A DNA stretch of 59,869 nt, counting the filler, from Sphacelaria rigidula (Eukaryota), in the NCBI GenBank assembly GCA_964200075.2. It is 8 parts of 8 records of this genome, joined end to end, with 100 filler letters (N's around TTAATTAATTAA, not from the genome) between each part and the next. Parts side by side here need not be neighbours in the genome. Positions count along the whole stretch, not along the records: positions 44,980 to 52,374 come from CAXNAA020015109.1; positions 52,475 to 59,869 come from CAXNAA020015110.1; 6 more parts are not named here. One strand, 5' to 3'. The number at the start of each line of letters is the position of its first letter. Position 1 is the first letter of the stretch. The notes under the pieces were generated by a model that worked only from the letters and a program-made list of their open reading frames with translations, was not told where the DNA came from and made no database searches. A program made the translations under genes and the position numbers. Positions 49,433 through 59,869 of this stretch are shown here, in pieces.

Positions 49433-49620
49433 CTGATGTATGCACAGCCGAAGGTGCGTATTAGGGGAACGTGCGTGTTAGGCGGGGGGAGGGGGAATGA
49501 GGACATTGAATAGCTGTAATAAACAAGTGGCTGCCAAGAGGTTGCTCAGGGTGTGTTCAAACAGTAACAGCGGCAACAACAACAGCCACAACAGTAGCTG
49601 TAACACCGTAACCTACTCAT

Positions 49621-49835
49621 CCATGCTCTCTCTCCAAGTAAGCCAGGAGACCCCGCGGAGTCAGTTCCCCCGCTCCGCCCACCAACACCTCGTCCCAAAT
49701 TGTGAACGCTTTTCCTCCCCGCTCGGTGCTCTCCTCAATGGGCTCGGCTTCCAGCGGCTCCGAAAACACGATGAACGGCGCGGCTAGGTTGACGAAACCA
49801 TTCTTGTGCTTGTCCATCGGAGCTCCTTGCACCAG
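49621..49835 (-). CDS. UBA1: UBA1-like exon with non-canonical donor (ATGAGT)
   Basis: LVQGAPMDKHKNGFVNLAAPFIVFSEP..FTIWD; exon ends CAT GG followed by atgagt instead of gtgagt. Confidence 0.85.
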
Positions 49836-50942
49836 CTATGCATGGGTCGGATTTAGAGATACGGATAAAACAACGTTAGGGGTGGGTTCAGGGTATAGGA
49901 GCAGGAATGAAGTTTGCAGCTACTGTAAGAATTGTTATCATCATAGGAAAACGCCTATTTCCCCATAAGGGGCTGGGGTTGATTCAATTGGGATCGCAGG
50001 TTTGCATGAACCGCCTTTAGGCCTCTAATCCGCACGCACGTTGACGCGGTCGATGATGTATCGTACATGGTCCATCTTGATTCTCGTTCAGGCACACACT
50101 AAATATTGCTTGCGCGCATGCGAAAAAGACGCCTAAACTTCGATGAAGACAGAAGCAACAGACATCAGGGTACGCACGGTCAGGACTGAAGTCAAGGGCC
50201 GCAAGAGGGTCGAGCTGCGCCGGCAAAGACGTTCCGTCTCGGTGCCAACCGAAGCGAAGCAGGTGGGACAAGGGGACCACGAAATCAGTGCAGTCACGAC
50301 CTCTGACAGGTGCGATGCAACAGCAGAACAGAAACCAACCAAGGGTCGGACAAATAGTTATTCGTCTGGAAATTACTTGGTTTCAGTATACTTGATTCGA
50401 ATCATACGAATTAATTCCTAGGCTTTGTTTTCAGCGTTGCAACCCAGGTACACGCAGCCCGACACGTGGAATGGCGCAAAAGTTGCGGGCATACCCCTTC
50501 GACCAGCGGTCAGCTTTTTCCTCCCTTTTGGGCAATCAGGCCGAAGAAATCGTGGATTTGGGGATTCGTAGTCGTGATGATTCGTCCTAACCGTGAAACC
50601 AACGCCTGTTGCATGAGATTTTTAAAGGCTGCTGATGCGACTTCCTTCCAGATGAATCGCGCAGACGCCCGAAAAATAACGCCGGGAGTGTAGCGGCAGC
50701 ACGAAGTTGAAAAAAAAAATCCAAACCAAGATTGAGAAAACAAGGAAAACAAAAAGAAAGAACTCGATCAATCCTCTGAAGCCAGTCCGCAAGCGAGGCA
50801 AACAAGAACGCATGAGCGACGTAGCGCGATTCCACTGTTCTTCGCTGGCTCGAGGCACCCCCATGCAAGCGCAGATCACACTCACACACACGCACACACA
50901 TTCAAGTGCTAAACCAAAAAATGAACCCTGCACGCATTCTAC

Positions 50943-51122
50943 CTTCAGTAGCTCCATGCAAGACAATCCCGAGATAACGGCCGTCGTAGTGGCGATGGTT
51001 GAGACGATTTTTCCCGCGATGCGCTTGGTCGACGGTTTGCCTGCCGTGGGGATGCCATAAACCAAAGCCCGGCGATTGGAAGCGGCGGTTACAAAGTCCA
51101 CGTGCCCGTTCAGCTCATCATC
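50943..51122 (-). CDS. UBA1: Ubiquitin-activating enzyme E1 (UBA1-like), exon
   Basis: DDELNGHVDFVTAASNRRALVYGIP..KRIAGKIVSTIATTTAVISGLSCMELLK; canonical splice sites. Confidence 0.92.
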
Positions 51123-51850
51123 CTGATTGGAAAAGAGAGGGGGAAAAGGAAGAAGCGGAGATAATCATACTCACGGCAACGACGGCAGTACAAACGAAGA
51201 ACGCATGCTTCTAGATATATATGATGGGATGGGTCTTTGTTGGAGTGAATGAATATCATGTTTGTACTTACAGTGCGACAATCAATGGCTCAATCATTCT
51301 ATCATTCATTCATTCAATGGGATCATTTTGCTTAGAATCTGTGTAATTATGTAGCAATATCCACGCTATGAACAACACGAGGGTGGGATGTGAGGAAAAA
51401 CAAGAAGAAAAACAAAACACGTTTTGATACTTCCAGGATGAATATACGACCATAGTACGCGAGCGGGCTGCGATAAATGAGGGTGCGGAAGGACGGGTCG
51501 GTGGGTCGGCGGATTGGATGAGTGTGCCTTCCAGTTCCCATATCACCAACATACCATTCCCACAGCCCATTCTCACACCCGTTATCCCACCAACGGAACG
51601 AGTAGGAGGATGCCGTACAGAACAAAAAAAGGCATTGCCCGCGCTTGCGGTCGCCCCGCGAGTGTGATCATCTCGACAACAAACACCGGTACTACTGAAA
51701 AGCGAGAGGTCTAAGTCGAGATACGTCCACCCTTACCAGCTGGACTGTAGGTACCTGGAAAATCCCGCTCCTAGGCCACCTTGTTTTTCAAGGCAAAACG
51801 CGACAGCACACCCCGCGGTGCTTATATCGGGAGATCTACGCACCTGTTAC

Positions 51851-51967
51851 CTTTTCGAAATCCACCGGACGCAGACTACGTCTCTTTACTCCCGCTTCAT
51901 CCCTCAACCACTCCCGCGCCGCCTCCCTAAGCTTGACGATTTCCTGGCGTATAAGCGGGTCAATCAC
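51851..51967 (-). CDS. UBA1: Ubiquitin-activating enzyme E1 (UBA1-like), exon
   Basis: ctcag|GTG...AAG|gtaac; ends LRPVDFEK, joining DD in the next exon (FEKDD motif). Confidence 0.85.
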
Positions 51968-52474
51968 CTGAGTGTTTGAGCGATAGGGAAGCAAGAGAGG
52001 GTGCGGGGGTGCGAGGATTCCTTCGGGATACGGCCCGATTTGCAGCAGAATGACTCCGCTTTGAAATATCGTTCTAGAGAAACTGTCACGAGTCATGCTA
52101 CGATAGGGGGGGGTATTTTGGGCCGTTTTCTTCCACGAAATTCTACTGGGAATCGTCGTTCACAGCGGTAACGGTTGTTCAAACGCGCTTGCTTCCGATA
52201 AATAAAGCTCATTCATACTGCTGAACACCGGTTTTACGCAAGTACAAGCGCACCGCGAGTGTGTCAGGTCGTCTGAAGCATTTATGAGCCCATTTTTTCG
52301 TGGAATCAAACACCCCCCCCCCCTCTCTCTGCACCCCCTCCAAAAGGGAGGGTGGACCATAGTCAAACGCCTCANNNNNNNNNNNNNNNNNNNNNNNNNN
52401 NNNNNNNNNNNNNNNNNNTTAATTAATTAANNNNNNNNNNNNNNNNNNNNNNNNNNNNNNNNNNNNNNNNNNNN

Positions 52475-52545
52475 CGGGAATCGAACCCCACAACTCAACC
52501 GTCAGAAGTTTACGAGGTTGCCAACTGAGCCACCGGGGCGACCGG
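52475..52545 (-). mobile_element. SINE family B head (truncated by gap)
   Basis: Minus strand: ggtcgccccggtggctcagttgg...ggggttcgattcccg. Confidence 0.75.
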
Positions 52546-53630
52546 CTGTGCGAAAAAACAGATGAGTGTCCGTGTTAGTGTGTGGTCTATTTGCGCGCCA
52601 TACCCGATCAGTGATCATCACTGTATCAATACGAGATCAAGACAAGTAGCGCTTGCCTCAACCTCCAGGCCGCACCGCGTGGGCCGTGCATCTTCAATGT
52701 AGACGGGGGGTACACGTCGGATGTGCTTGGTATGGCACCTGATATCGGTGCAGATATGAGCAGCCCGAACAGAAAATCTCGGAAAAGCTTCTTTGTTCAA
52801 GTTACCGTATGCTCAGGCACCAGTCATTTTTTTACTGCCGAATGACTGACGCAACGAAAAATAATTGGAAAAAGGGAGGGAGGGATAGAGAGAAGGAGGA
52901 CACTTTCAGTCAAATCGAAAAGAATATGCACCAGTCGACAATCCCTCGCTTTCCCCCTTGTGTGCGCGTGTGCACGTCTACGCGGCGGACTTGTTTAAAT
53001 TGTACATAAAGCGGCCCATGATCAGCTTTTCGCCATTTGACTTTGACGGGCGACTTTAATTTTCACTCTCTGTTCCCCTGCAGTTTTTCTGTCGATATGA
53101 ATATAAAGTTCACGTGTCTCTGAAGTTCATTTTGCTGTGAATGTTCCGCCGTAGAGGGGCGTGAACACCCACTGAGGTTCCCACCGCATATGCTCATCAA
53201 GATGCCTTCGCATGCGGCCGACTTGGTTCCGTCCGCCCGGTGGTCGCAGCGGATCCACTGCGTAAAGCTGACTCGCTCACACCGCCAACTTGAACTGCAC
53301 TGTAATAATGCACAAACCATCATTGACACGGTTCACCACCCTTTAGGTAGCCTGTCTTTGCCTCGGGGACTCCGCAACACGAGATTTTACCCACCGTGCA
53401 TAATTTTCCTCGCAACACACATAAGTGATTTGTCACAGGGCAGCCCACGAGCTGCGGACCCAGTCACGCTGCGGAACGCTCAAAGTAATCCTGCACTGTA
53501 GTTGGCGGTGTGTCAGGCCGTGCACCGTATCAGCAGACATGTGCCCTGTTGTACACAGGCCACGATAGTGCCCCGGGACTGCACATCGGTTACTGTACCT
53601 GCGTCCGTCCCCGTTCATCCCCTGATTCAG

Positions 53631-53876
53631 GTCTTGCCAAAGCACGCCCTAGAGGCTGTGCTGTGCGGGCTGTGCGGCCCCGCGCTTCAAGACGCCGGGG
53701 GCGCATGCCGTAGCAGCAACCCCGAAAGTTCAGAGGGAGGAAATTCGTGTGCGTGGACTGAGTTAACGATGCCCGTAATCACTGCGGCCCTCAACCTAAA
53801 GCCACCTCTGTCAGATAACGCGATCGCTGTGTTGGTGCGGAAAGTTGAGGCCGCTTCGGAACAGCTTGAGCTGCAG
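53631..53876 (+). CDS. FANCE: Fanconi anaemia group E-like protein, penultimate exon
   Basis: ttcag|GTC...CAG|gtgag; WTELTMPVITAALNLKPPLS..LVRKVE resembles the FANCE C-terminal helical repeats. Confidence 0.7.
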
Positions 53877-54071
53877 GTGAGCCAACGATATGGGTGGGTC
53901 CTACGGTATCCGTGAGCTACGAGTTTTCGTCGTGCTACTGTTTTCTTTTGCTGCAGTTTCGAGCGTGTTCATTGTGACGTACAAACGGGTTGCAGCATAC
54001 TGCGGACTGATGCGTCCTGCATGCTTGTCACGGATACGCCCTGCTCGCTTTTTGGGGCAGTAGGGCATGCC

Positions 54072-54389
54072 GCCGCGGCCCGGTGGTGTAATGATCCGAC
54101 TGTCGCCATTGGGGTGGAGAGAATGAGGGTTCGATTCCCGATGCGTTGGGTTTTTTCTTCGTAGCACCTGATTTCCACCGTGGAAAGCGTGAGAACGTGA
54201 GTAAACAAGAGTAGTTGACTGAGTTTGTTTGACGAAAGTTGACGCGGTGCGGGAGTGCTGACAGTCATGACTCAATCCGCGAGACCAAAATGCAAGGCGT
54301 GTACCGGAGGAGAGATGGGTTGATCCTTTGAGACCACGGACTCGTCCCGAGGAAGGCGAGGGGTTCAAAGTGCGACAATAATTAAAAAG
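54072..54389 (+). mobile_element. tRNA-derived SINE family A (in FANCE intron)
   Basis: gccgcggcccggtggtgtaatg...gggttcgattcccgatgcgttggg; collinear with 14126-14448. Confidence 0.8.
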
Positions 54390-54599
54390 AGCGAATCGCG
54401 AAGGTGAAGCTCTTATCCGAGTGTATTCAGACGTCTGGGGGGGTCGCTTTCTTGTGGTGATTTTGTTCCTGCGCATGCTCCTTATAGCGCGGTTAAACCG
54501 TCTACACTATCGGTTGCTCACACTGCGGTTGCTTTTATAGCGCTTTTCACACGCCTTGTTGCGTCATCTGTCGTGTTTGTTCCTCTCGCCATGTGCCAG

Positions 54600-54755
54600 A
54601 AATCTCTCAAGTTCACGACGCTGGTGCACAGCCTGGTGACTAGGTACGGCCCGCAAGTTAAGCCGCACGTCACGACGGTCCGCATTTCCATTGGACGGTG
54701 CTCTACCTTCATGGTCAAGACTGTGCTAGGCGCCCTGCAGCGATTGGAGAAGTAG
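54600..54755 (+). CDS. FANCE: Fanconi anaemia group E-like protein, last exon
   Basis: gccag|AAA; KSLKFTTLVHSLVTRY...STFMVKTVLGALQRLEK* matches the FANCE S.K(F/Y)....VTKY...TF..K...AL end. Confidence 0.75.
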   Translation, partial: KSLKFTTLVHSLVTRYGPQVKPHVTTVRISIGRCSTFMVKTVLGALQRLEK

Positions 54756-55388
54756 CGAACATGAACCCCGCGCAGGTGTACCGTGGCTGATGCACTTGTA
54801 CGTGAAGAGCGTTGCCACTAAAGCCTGCTGGCTGGGCGCTCTTGTGTGTTCCGTGCGAGTTTCGTGTAGTGCAGTCCTCACCATGTTCGATAGAGAGGCC
54901 GTGGATAAGCGCTTTCTGAGAGACATGATAAGTGCCCAAGCGCTTGGACCGCATGATGCACTGGCTAAATGTCGCTCTCGAAAAAAGCTGTGGGAGAAAC
55001 ACGAGCATATTTATTTCACGACCAGGGTGGGCAGTGGGAGCTGTCACCGTGATGCACCCGTGTTGCCACAAACCAGACACCCAATGAACAATACAACTCA
55101 TCCATGAAAGAGCTCCCAGCGACATATTCCGAGAGTCGACCGGGTTGACGCAACCTTCCCTCTGTCGCCAGCGTCTCACTCAAATACACACTTGCGATTT
55201 TATGAGTATCCGTGCAATACAGCACCATTCCAAGTTTTTGCGAGCGAGCACAACAGGTTTCATTTCGGTTACTTCGCTCTTTTAGGAGGATACACTCTGT
55301 CTCGTTTTAATTCAATTTTTCATTCTACCTTCACAGTCACGTACTTCGGGAATATTCCGGGTTCGAGGGGAACACAGAGAACACGATC

Positions 55389-55568
55389 TCATGCCCTGGT
55401 AATGTCGCCGATGTCGATTGTCAACACCAGTCTACGTTGGTCTTTGTCCATGTCCGGCGAGCGATGTGCTACTGCGCGCATGTCCGCTGCGGCCCTTGGT
55501 TGTTTTCCTCGGAAAATGAGCAGGTCGCCGGTATTTGCATGCCGCACCTCCCGCCCGCCGCTGATTTT
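55389..55568 (-). CDS. DUF1826-domain protein, last exon
   Basis: gacag|AAA; KISGGREVRHANTGDLLIFRG..AVAHRSPDMDKDQRRLVLTIDIGDITRA* (GD..L.KG / HRSP / RL.LT.D). Confidence 0.88.
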   Translation of the reverse strand, partial: KISGGREVRHANTGDLLIFRGKQPRAAADMRAVAHRSPDMDKDQRRLVLTIDIGDITRA

Positions 55569-56714
55569 CTGTCATGACATAGCGGAGGGAGGCTTGTTGT
55601 GGGATGCAAATTCAGTCTGTGCATCAACAACGTGAACAGGATACAGTGCATTAAAAGTTCGAAGCACAGTGTGGAAAAGCCGCGTTCGGAGCGACTTTTG
55701 GGAGAACTTGTGAACGTGTGATGCCTTTTCACCGACAAAGATTCTGAGCGTGTAGCACATGTGTTGTGCTTCACGACGGTTTTTCTTCCACACCATCTGC
55801 GACAGTCATGTGATGATGCACCAATCGGAGAGAGAAAGGGCACTCGAAAGCGGCAGACATCGGAATCTGCAAGAGGAAATAGCCGGCATGGGTTGAAAGA
55901 GTTGACGAGATTAGATAACTGATGCAACCGAACCATTCGTTGATCTTCACGAAGCTATGGTTTCACAACATAATAATTTAATAATTGCATATCGCCACAA
56001 CCACGCGAAACAACATGCTAAAAAATACAACCCACTGGAGGGCAGAGCGAGCTATTGAGAAATGGCCTATCTCCTATAGAAACGGCCCGTAGGTAACAAA
56101 CACCATCAGGCCTAGGCTCCAAATCTTCGTGGAGGCGAGAAGTATATCATAGCACCGTGGTGTATATCGTACATGCGTAACGACTGCATCGAACGATTGT
56201 AAGCGTCCAGCCATCAACCTATTCTGCTTCAAGTCTTGCACGGCGATCACGATAAAGCCGGTGGACTTTAGCTCAACACCTGAAGGTCCCAAAGTAAGTG
56301 TGCTATGAGTGGAGTGTCATGGTCTCACCGAGTGTTGCTGGTGCTTACCCGTGCATCTAAAAATAATGTTTTGTGACAAAAACAACGGTTTGCTCTTCAG
56401 ACACATGATGAAGCAAGGCTCCCTCAGACCTACGGAGAGGAAGGAAGAGGGGAGCGTTGTTTCTCATCGAAGTCTGTGACGCGCCAAAGTTGCAATTCTC
56501 ATTTGATTTAGGGCCTTCACGGTGCCAATTTTTATCTGACAATTCTTCATCTTGTGGAAGAGAATGACTGCACGCTATTAGAGCCCACTTTTTCATCTGT
56601 TCCAAAACATGAGCCTGGATTTCTTTCCGACCTGTTCATCACCAGCGAGTTGCTTTTATTCTGGAACTACGGTTAGAGCAAACAAAAAACAATGAAAGGA
56701 CAAAAGATCCTCAC

Positions 56715-56825
56715 CACGTTACAAGCCGAGGGCGGGCTTCTGTTTTGATCCATTTCGCGCTGACCGTAGCCATCCACCCACTCAGTGCTTGGTCCCACGT
56801 ACGTGCATATTAACCGTAACGGCAC
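56715..56825 (-). CDS. DUF1826-domain protein, exon
   Basis: tccag|GTG...GTG|gtgag; VPLRLICTYVGPSTEWV is the DUF1826 core motif. Confidence 0.88.
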
Positions 56826-57315
56826 CTGGACAAACATGTATCCGCACGTCGTCAGCTCCACATGAACCCTAAGCCAGTGTCAATAAGACTTCCAATCTCC
56901 AGCACGTTAAGCGTAAGCTTACTGCCGTTTGCTCGATGCCACATACGCATGTGCATCTACCAACTGTAGAACAACTACAAACCAGACGAAACGGGAAAAC
57001 TCTCTCGAGCCAGTGCCTGTGGTGAGATATGGTGTATCTTGAAAGCGAGTAGTCAAGCGCACACGTCTTCACTCCTCGGAAATGGAAACAAAAAGCAGGA
57101 CACTACACAGCCCCCATGCAACCGATAACTAGCGCTCGCGTCGCCAGGGCGAAAAACATGTGCCCTGGCATTTCGCATCTGCTTATCTACCGCTCTGTGC
57201 AATCGCGCGATGCAGTACTTATGCGAGAGAAGGAACTCAAAACGCTGCGTCGTACACACGCGACTACCCCAAGAATAAAGACGTGTGTTTTTGAGGTGAC
57301 CCAACTTCCTTTTAC

Positions 57316-58437
57316 CTTGTCGAGGTGAAACCGCGGGCACTTGCCCCTTTCGAGAAGCTCCAGCTTGACAGATACGTGTCCCGCCTCGCCGCCGGCATTG
57401 CCATCGATCGCGTCGCGAGGTAATAGCCAACTCGAAAAAACACTGGGTGCGTGTTCCTGTGCTGTTGCCTGCCTTAATACTTCGTCCGCGAACAGATTCG
57501 CTGCTTGTTCTACATCTTCTTTCAGCCAGTGCCAAGCCTCCACCCCCCGAGACTTTTGAGCCTGCAAACTCACAATTTCCACCATATCGTCCTCCGTCAT
57601 GCCCCGTAACTCCCCCGTTGATGATAAAAACATGGCGCCCATATCAGTTTGGCTTCCGTTGTTCATTTGTGCTGGTTGTTGCTGCTGGCCTTCCCGCTGT
57701 TGTAGAAGGCCGCCATATAATGGCTTGTCTTCTTGCTGATTCTCGTCACAATCGGACATATCGGTGCTGCTGGTGCTTCTCCTTTGTGCTGCATTAAATT
57801 CCTGTACTTCGTCTGGGATTTGAATGCTTGAGGGAACCCTTACTAGTTCACCTGAAGATTCGAAGCTTGGGATATTCAACACTGCCATCGCCGGAATAAG
57901 TGGGGCCGTGAGCGTCTCTGTCCAATGTTCGACATTGTTACTGCTACCATCGCCCCCCCCCCCCCCCCGCCCTTCCCCTCCTCGGGGCGCTACCACTTGT
58001 ATAGACTTGAAAGGGGATGAACCCTTTACGAGCAAATGCAAGCCGCGAGAGACATCCGCAGGTATGGTGCGTTCCAGGCAAAGCAAGCCGTGCTCTCTCC
58101 AGAACGATGGTTGCCGGGAAGAACTTTCATCATTTCCTCCCTGATGTATTTCCTCTCTCGAAGAGAGGTAGCTGTTGAGGGGAACTTGCAGCGTACTTGT
58201 TTCGACAAAGTCTGTATTACGTGTCGTAGTACTCATTCCAACGTTTTTGTTTACTCCAGTGGGAAGCCACGATGTGGATGTGGTGGTCTCAGCTGGGCCA
58301 TCACGCGGTGCCGCGCTTTGCTGGCGTTGTAGTGGTGATGTTGAATCGAGTGATGTGGACAGCGGCCGCGGCGGGAGAAGAAAATTCGTAGCTGGTGGTA
58401 GTGTGGGCAGAAGTATTGCTAATGCTGCGAATGAGGA
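57316..58437 (-). CDS. DUF1826-domain protein, large exon (probable presequence remnant, low-complexity region, domain start)
   Basis: cttag|TCC TCA TTC in frame with ORF 57187-58236; ends VKLELLERGKCPRFHLDK|gtaaa. Confidence 0.8.
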
Positions 58438-59466
58438 CTAAGGCAGTGGGAGGCACAGAAACAGTACGGGCAATAAACTTTAGGCAGTGGGGCTGGAGGG
58501 AGTTTGTCGCAGCCTATATCCTGTTGGGCAAGGTACATATCGAGGTAAACGCCTACTTTGTTGGGCGTACTGTATTGCCATTTACGTCGTCACATTTTGG
58601 GGAGAAGCTGTATCGAACAACGCTGGGAGAACGTCTGACAGCCGCATTCCCTACAATTCAAGACCGATGAATGGTTGAGCTTCCATGTACGTTAACGTGC
58701 CGTGTTTCTTGATACGCAACTGATTTGCACGGCAGGCGATGATTGCGACCCTGTGGCAATTGCAATGGTGCTGACTCTACGCGCTGGGTTCGTAGCTGGA
58801 CTCACTCACCTGCACACTACGACTGTACTCAAAGTTATTCCTCTGGTCTACCTCAGACAGAAAATTACGCAGATGGAAATATATACAAAACAAACCTTCC
58901 AGGCGTATGTCATTGTAGTATTCCCACCATCACAGTTAAATGACCGAAGAGGGGGCGTCGAACAAGTTGACGCAGGCGACAGTATACACACCCGCGCTGT
59001 CCAGGTGCGGCGCATTCGGTTGCGTTTCGAAAGCGGGATAACTCTTACCAATAAGAACGAACGGCGTTTCCTGTTATAAAAAATAAGTGAATCCTGGTGT
59101 ATTGGGTCTCATGTTCTGTGCAGTGTGGGCACCAGTGCGCTACGAACTCGTAGATCCTTCCTTATATTACCACTCATGACTCAACATGCCACCCAGGCTA
59201 TGGTCCTCGATCCGTCCCTAAGCAAGGAAAGCCTCTCTGTCCTGGCGACAATGGGCTACGGCAAAAAGGCGCCGCGGTACGGTCCCCATAAACACCACGG
59301 AATCGCCGCGAGAACGAGGCTCCTCGTCGCTGGCAAGGTATGCGTGTACTGTACGAACGTAGAGGATATACCACCACGGCACGTACGACAGCTTCACTCA
59401 CACTGATGAAGCAACGCTGCTTAGACAAGCAGTTGTTGACGCATATTTGTTAGTATGCTTATTACC

Positions 59467-59770
59467 GGGCCGCGCCCCAGTGATCTAATGGTACATGTGA
59501 GGAAGGAGACGATGGTACATGTGAGGCAGTGATCTGAGTGTACATGTGAGGAAGGACCAACACGGGTTCGATTCCTGACAGATGCGTTCAGTTTTTTCCC
59601 TTCATAATATGTTTTCGTGTACGAGCTGGGCCAGCTGTGAGGATAACGAAACAGCGGAAAGGGCCAACGGGCGGTAATTCGAAGAGTTAGGCGCTGAAAA
59701 ATTGACACAACATTTTTATAACCAGTCCGGACCGGACTAGTGTCTGTACACTTGAAAAAAAATAATAAAG
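59467..59770 (+). mobile_element. Probable tRNA-derived SINE with internally duplicated head
   Basis: ggccgcgccccagtgatctaatgg (A box), three gtacatgtgagg units, B box ggttcgattcc at 59565-59575; 3' end uncertain. Confidence 0.55.
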
Positions 59771-59869
59771 AAGTTAGAGCGACTTCAAGTTTATACGAAA
59801 AAACAGCCAATCATCTATGTTGAGGATGGTGCTTTTGATTGAGGATGAGAACCCGGAGGATTAAAATCT

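Noticed and set aside
45080..52330. Inverted repeats bracketing the UBA1 contig as a gene-capturing transposon
   Set aside because: The CTACGATAG terminus-like motifs face inward and both copies run into G/C homopolymers at contig ends; better explained as two independent repeats that broke the assembly
52475..52545. tRNA genes at A/B-box sites (also 14126, 24000, 28170, 54072)
   Set aside because: No convincing cloverleaf, and the heads continue into shared repeat bodies, so these are SINEs
19598..58437. CutC plus DUF1826 as a metal-homeostasis cluster
   Set aside because: They lie on different, artificially joined contigs

Overview
Eukaryotic, intron-rich, TE-dense DNA, most consistent with a brown alga (Phaeophyceae). 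The evidence is short GT-AG exons in long introns, a stramenopile-type bipartite plastid presequence, a flagellar dynein gene and TTAGGG telomere-type repeats. The window is not one locus. It is eight unrelated contigs (7397, 7397, 7397, 7396, 7396, 7396, 7395, 7395 bp, i.e. size-sorted) joined by identical 100-bp spacers (N44-TTAATTAATTAA-N44), so gene order across spacers is meaningless. Recognisable gene fragments are: a Cys-rich modular protein built from repeated 105-nt exons; CutC; a TolB-like beta-propeller; a RanBP2-zinc-finger/RGG protein; outer-arm dynein IC1 (DNAI1); a plastid-targeted unknown; a UBA1-type E1 with a large insertion and a defective splice donor; the FANCE C-terminus; and a DUF1826 protein. 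The rest is LINE relics, tRNA-derived SINEs, several MITE/foldback families and microsatellites. The most novel-looking items are the exon-module Cys-rich gene, a TG..CA/5-bp-TSD MITE family with a telomeric-repeat core clustered around it, the UFD-split E1 enzyme and a ~700-bp hairpin. Family assignments come from motif recognition by eye, not from database searches.
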